IMG/VR virus record: IMGVR_UViG_3300045988_095445
Length of the DNA stretch: 64,000 nt
Source: a virus
Direction: 5' to 3' (one strand)
Made by a program: the position numbers and the translations under genes. Shown here piece after piece: positions 61,352 through 64,000 of this stretch (position 1 is the first letter of the stretch; each line of letters begins with the position of its first letter). Under the pieces are notes generated by a model, which worked only from the letters and a program-made list of their open reading frames with translations, was not told the DNA's origin and searched no databases.

Positions 61352-63103
61352 TTAAAAGTAATACTTCTATCTACTTATAATTTCATAATCTGTAATAATA
61401 ATTTGTGGTGTCACACTACCGAAGTATCTATTTACTTCTGGTTTACCAATCAAATTTATACTCACGCAACCTAATTCGCTAGATAAATCTTCTAGCTCCT
61501 CTTCGCTTGATTTAAACTTGATGCAAGTAACTCCATTTGGTAATTGAATCTTCAAAGTAGGATTCTTGTCTCGTGACATAAGACTAATCATGTCATTTGT
61601 TACTGCAACATTTTCTACCGCAATTAACGGTTCGTCGATATTCTATCCCCAAAGATACTTAGAATTACCTAGTTCTAATATATCTTTAGAATTAATATCT
61701 GACATAGAGTAAATAAAATCTACCTTATAGCTTGGTGAAAATTCTATATCTTTTAATTGATTGTCTGACCATATAATAAAATCTTCAAAATCTTTTTCAT
61801 AAATGCCAAAGCCAAAAGCATTTGCGTGCCCCTCAGCTAAAAAGACTAAATTTGAATCTCTTACAAATTGTCTAAAATCATTTAATTTAGACTTTTCGTA
61901 TCCTCTAGCTGATCCTTCCCAAGCATCTTGTCCATTGTTTACAGTCTTTGATAGGAGAATAACGGGGCGCTTATACTTACTCATTAATTCATTAGCAATT
62001 AAACCAGTAATACCTCTATCAACCTACATATCTTCTAGTTTAATTACTAAAAGTTTATGCTATAATAGATTTTTTTCTTGAATAATATTCTCTATTTGTT
62101 CAACTTCGGCATCTCTAGTTCTAGTCTAACGATTCTTAACATTAGTGCAAACTCTTAATGCTTGCTCTAATCTAGTTTCCTCTTGCCCTTTACATCCTCG
62201 TTTAGTAGAAGGAATAAGATCATATGCTTTCCATTCAAGCATACTTTCAAATAAAATCTACTTTTCATCTTGAGTACCCATACGAGTAATGGCATTAACA
62301 AGAGGAACAATATAAAACGCTACTCCAATAGGAGATAAATCTCCTCTGCCTAACTAGTAAGCATTTTTATCAGCCATACCTTTAATAAAAGGATTGCGGA
62401 GACTTGACCTCTGTAGCCCCTATTGAATAAGATAATGAGTTTCAAAATTTCTAATATCCATCATATCTCCTACAAGACCGGTGGCTACAATATCAAGGTA
62501 ATTGTCCGCATAGGCAGTTCCGCAAATACTATCCATATACTAACACAATTTATAAACTACTCCTACACCAGATAACGATTTTGTTGGATAATCGCATAAC
62601 TGATTATTAACAACACAGGCGTATTCAGATATTTTATCAGCTAAGTGATGGTCTATAACTAATACATCAATTCCGCGATTAGCCAATTCTTCATGCTCTT
62701 GATAGTCGTTAGAGCTTGAATCCGGTGCAATAACAAGAGAAATATTATCGGGGATTAATTCTGGTTTTATTCCATGAATTTTACCAGAATGGAAGTTATA
62801 AACAAACTTGTTAATTGCAGAGGGAAACTGCGCATGAAGATAATTTAGCAATAATGCAGAAGAGGTGTAACCATCGCAGTCGCTATCTACCTAGACATAA
62901 ATATAAGAGTCGTCTTTTAAAATGTGCTTAATAATTAGCTTAGCAGCGCTTTCAATATTATTAAGAAGTAAGGGAGATAAATTATCTTTTTCTGATACTG
63001 TTAAATAATGCTATATATCACCATATTTAATACCTCTGTTAACTAATACCTATTCTAAAGCACTATAATCCTAATTTCTTGGGTTAATTAATGAATATTC
63101 CAA
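61352..63103 (-). CDS. DHH/DHHA1 phosphoesterase, RecJ-like
   Basis: TTG start after TAAGGAGAG. ORFs 62540..62851 (DHH motif DVLVIDHH), 61643..61984 (DHHA1 GHANAFG) and 61367..61591 are one frame. They are linked by about 12 in-frame TAGs to TAA at 61352-54, giving about 583 aa. N-terminal motifs YSALEQVLVNRGI and VQVDSDCDGYTSSALL match RecJ N-terminal motifs. Confidence 0.7.
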
Positions 63104-63106
63104 TCT

Positions 63107-63391
63107 TTAATCACTCTCCTTATTATGTGATAATCCAGTTCCTTTGCAAGCTCTACATTTTATATAGTCATTAAGATCGTTTGGATCTGGCCTATCATCT
63201 TCCGCGCAAGATCTAGATCTTAAAACATGACCAGTTCCGTTACAGTACTCACATGCTTGATTAATTTCTCTAAGTTTCTCTAAACTGTCAAAATAGGGTT
63301 GTATTCTCTTATTATAATCATCTGCTAATTTTCCTATTTCTTTTTCTATTGCTCTAATAGCAGGTACTAGATTTAAAATCTCTTTACTCAT
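63107..63391 (-). CDS. small DnaJ-type CxxCxGxG zinc-finger protein
   Basis: CEYCNGTGHV...CRACKGTGL, two CxxCxGxG repeats, in an intact 94-aa ORF. Confidence 0.5.
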   Translation of the reverse strand: MSKEILNLVPAIRAIEKEIGKLADDYNKRIQPYFDSLEKLREINQACEYCNGTGHVLRSRSCAEDDRPDPNDLNDYIKCRACKGTGLSHNKESD

Positions 63392-64000
63392 AAGGAATTA
63401 TCCTTTCATTTAGTAACTCTTCAAAAATCTGCGGTCCCTTGTCTATAGGACTTGCTTTATATGGCAAAATCATTCGTTTGTCAAAGATAGCAGATATGCG
63501 TACATTCTTACTATATTTGTTATATATATGAATTAACTTTGCTTTCAATCTCTTAAATTCATCATCGCTAATTTCGACAAATTGTCTATCAAAAGCAACT
63601 ATGATTTCATTAACTCCTAAAGATTTAAGTAAATCTATATGATAACTAGATATACTACTTCCACAACAAGCTACAGATATATCATTATCGTACCCATAGT
63701 AAGACTGATACATAAGACAACTCTTTTCAGATTCAAATATAATTGCAGCTTTTACTTTTCTTATATTCTCTTTGCTATGGTTTAAATTATATAAATTCAT
63801 ACTTAAAGGATGATTATATAATTGTCTGTTCACCATAAGAGGTCTATATTTTCCATATCTTTCTGCATCTTCAGAAGATAATGTTCTTCCCCTAATTCCT
63901 ACTAATCTATTATTAATATCAAAGTGAGGAATTGTTATTTGTCCTCCTCCCGGATAATACCCAATAAAATTTCTTTTACTAACCTCGGGTAAGATTCCTT
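63384..64000 (-). CDS. DnaG-like primase (Toprim plus RNA-polymerase core). The 5' end lies beyond the window.
   Basis: ORF 63384..63836 has Toprim motifs (AAIIFESEKS, VAFDRQF). The frame stays open upstream to the window edge with GKYRPLMVNRQLYNHPLSMNLYNL (the DnaG KYLNSPET-like region). Confidence 0.6.
   Translation of the reverse strand, partial: GILPEVSKRNFIGYYPGGGQITIPHFDINNRLVGIRGRTLSSEDAERYGKYRPLMVNRQLYNHPLSMNLYNLNHSKENIRKVKAAIIFESEKSCLMYQSYYGYDNDISVACCGSSISSYHIDLLKSLGVNEIIVAFDRQFVEISDDEFKRLKAKLIHIYNKYSKNVRISAIFDKRMILPYKASPIDKGPQIFEELLNERIIPYE

Overview
This window is a 64-kb stretch of a low-GC (about 30%) tailed dsDNA phage genome. Genes have strong AAGGAGG-type Shine-Dalgarno sites, which points to a Firmicutes-like host. 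The central observation is that TAG (amber) is a sense codon here, most likely Gln by analogy with known recoded phages. In the ORF track, almost every long gene appears as strings of short ORFs interrupted only by in-frame TAG. Read through TAG, they assemble into coherent proteins with recognisable domains. All real stops are TAA or TGA. Layout: (i) 1-37.7 kb, + strand, is the packaging/head/tail module: zinc-ribbon proteins, large terminase, a Vsr-like endonuclease, portal, scaffold, capsid proteins, major tail protein, a 2909-codon tape measure protein, and baseplate/fibre proteins. (ii) 37.8-42.9 kb, - strand, is a complete diversity-generating retroelement: target gene with C-terminal VR, Avd, TR and RT, plus two small genes. 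(iii) 43.2-48.8 kb, + strand, holds tail-fibre-like genes, a Hin/Gin-type small serine recombinase flanked by palindromic repeat clusters, an LL-H family holin, a Cys-rich membrane protein, a BclA/C1q-like protein and an HExxH protein. (iv) 48.8-64 kb, - strand, is the replication and nucleotide-metabolism module: RuvC-like resolvase, dUTPase, an FNT-like channel, NrdG, NrdD, guanylate kinase, DnaE-type polymerase, SF1 helicase, a secreted lysozyme-like protein, a DHH/DHHA1 RecJ-like phosphoesterase, a DnaJ-type zinc-finger protein and a partial DnaG-like primase. TAG density varies widely: several abundant virion proteins have none or one, while the tape measure and neighbours have roughly 4-5% of codons. 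Replication genes have 0-2 each, except the DHH gene with 12. No tRNA (including a CUA suppressor), CRISPR array or integrase was found in this window. Coordinates were derived by hand. Where a boundary is not anchored to the ORF track it may be off by a few nt.
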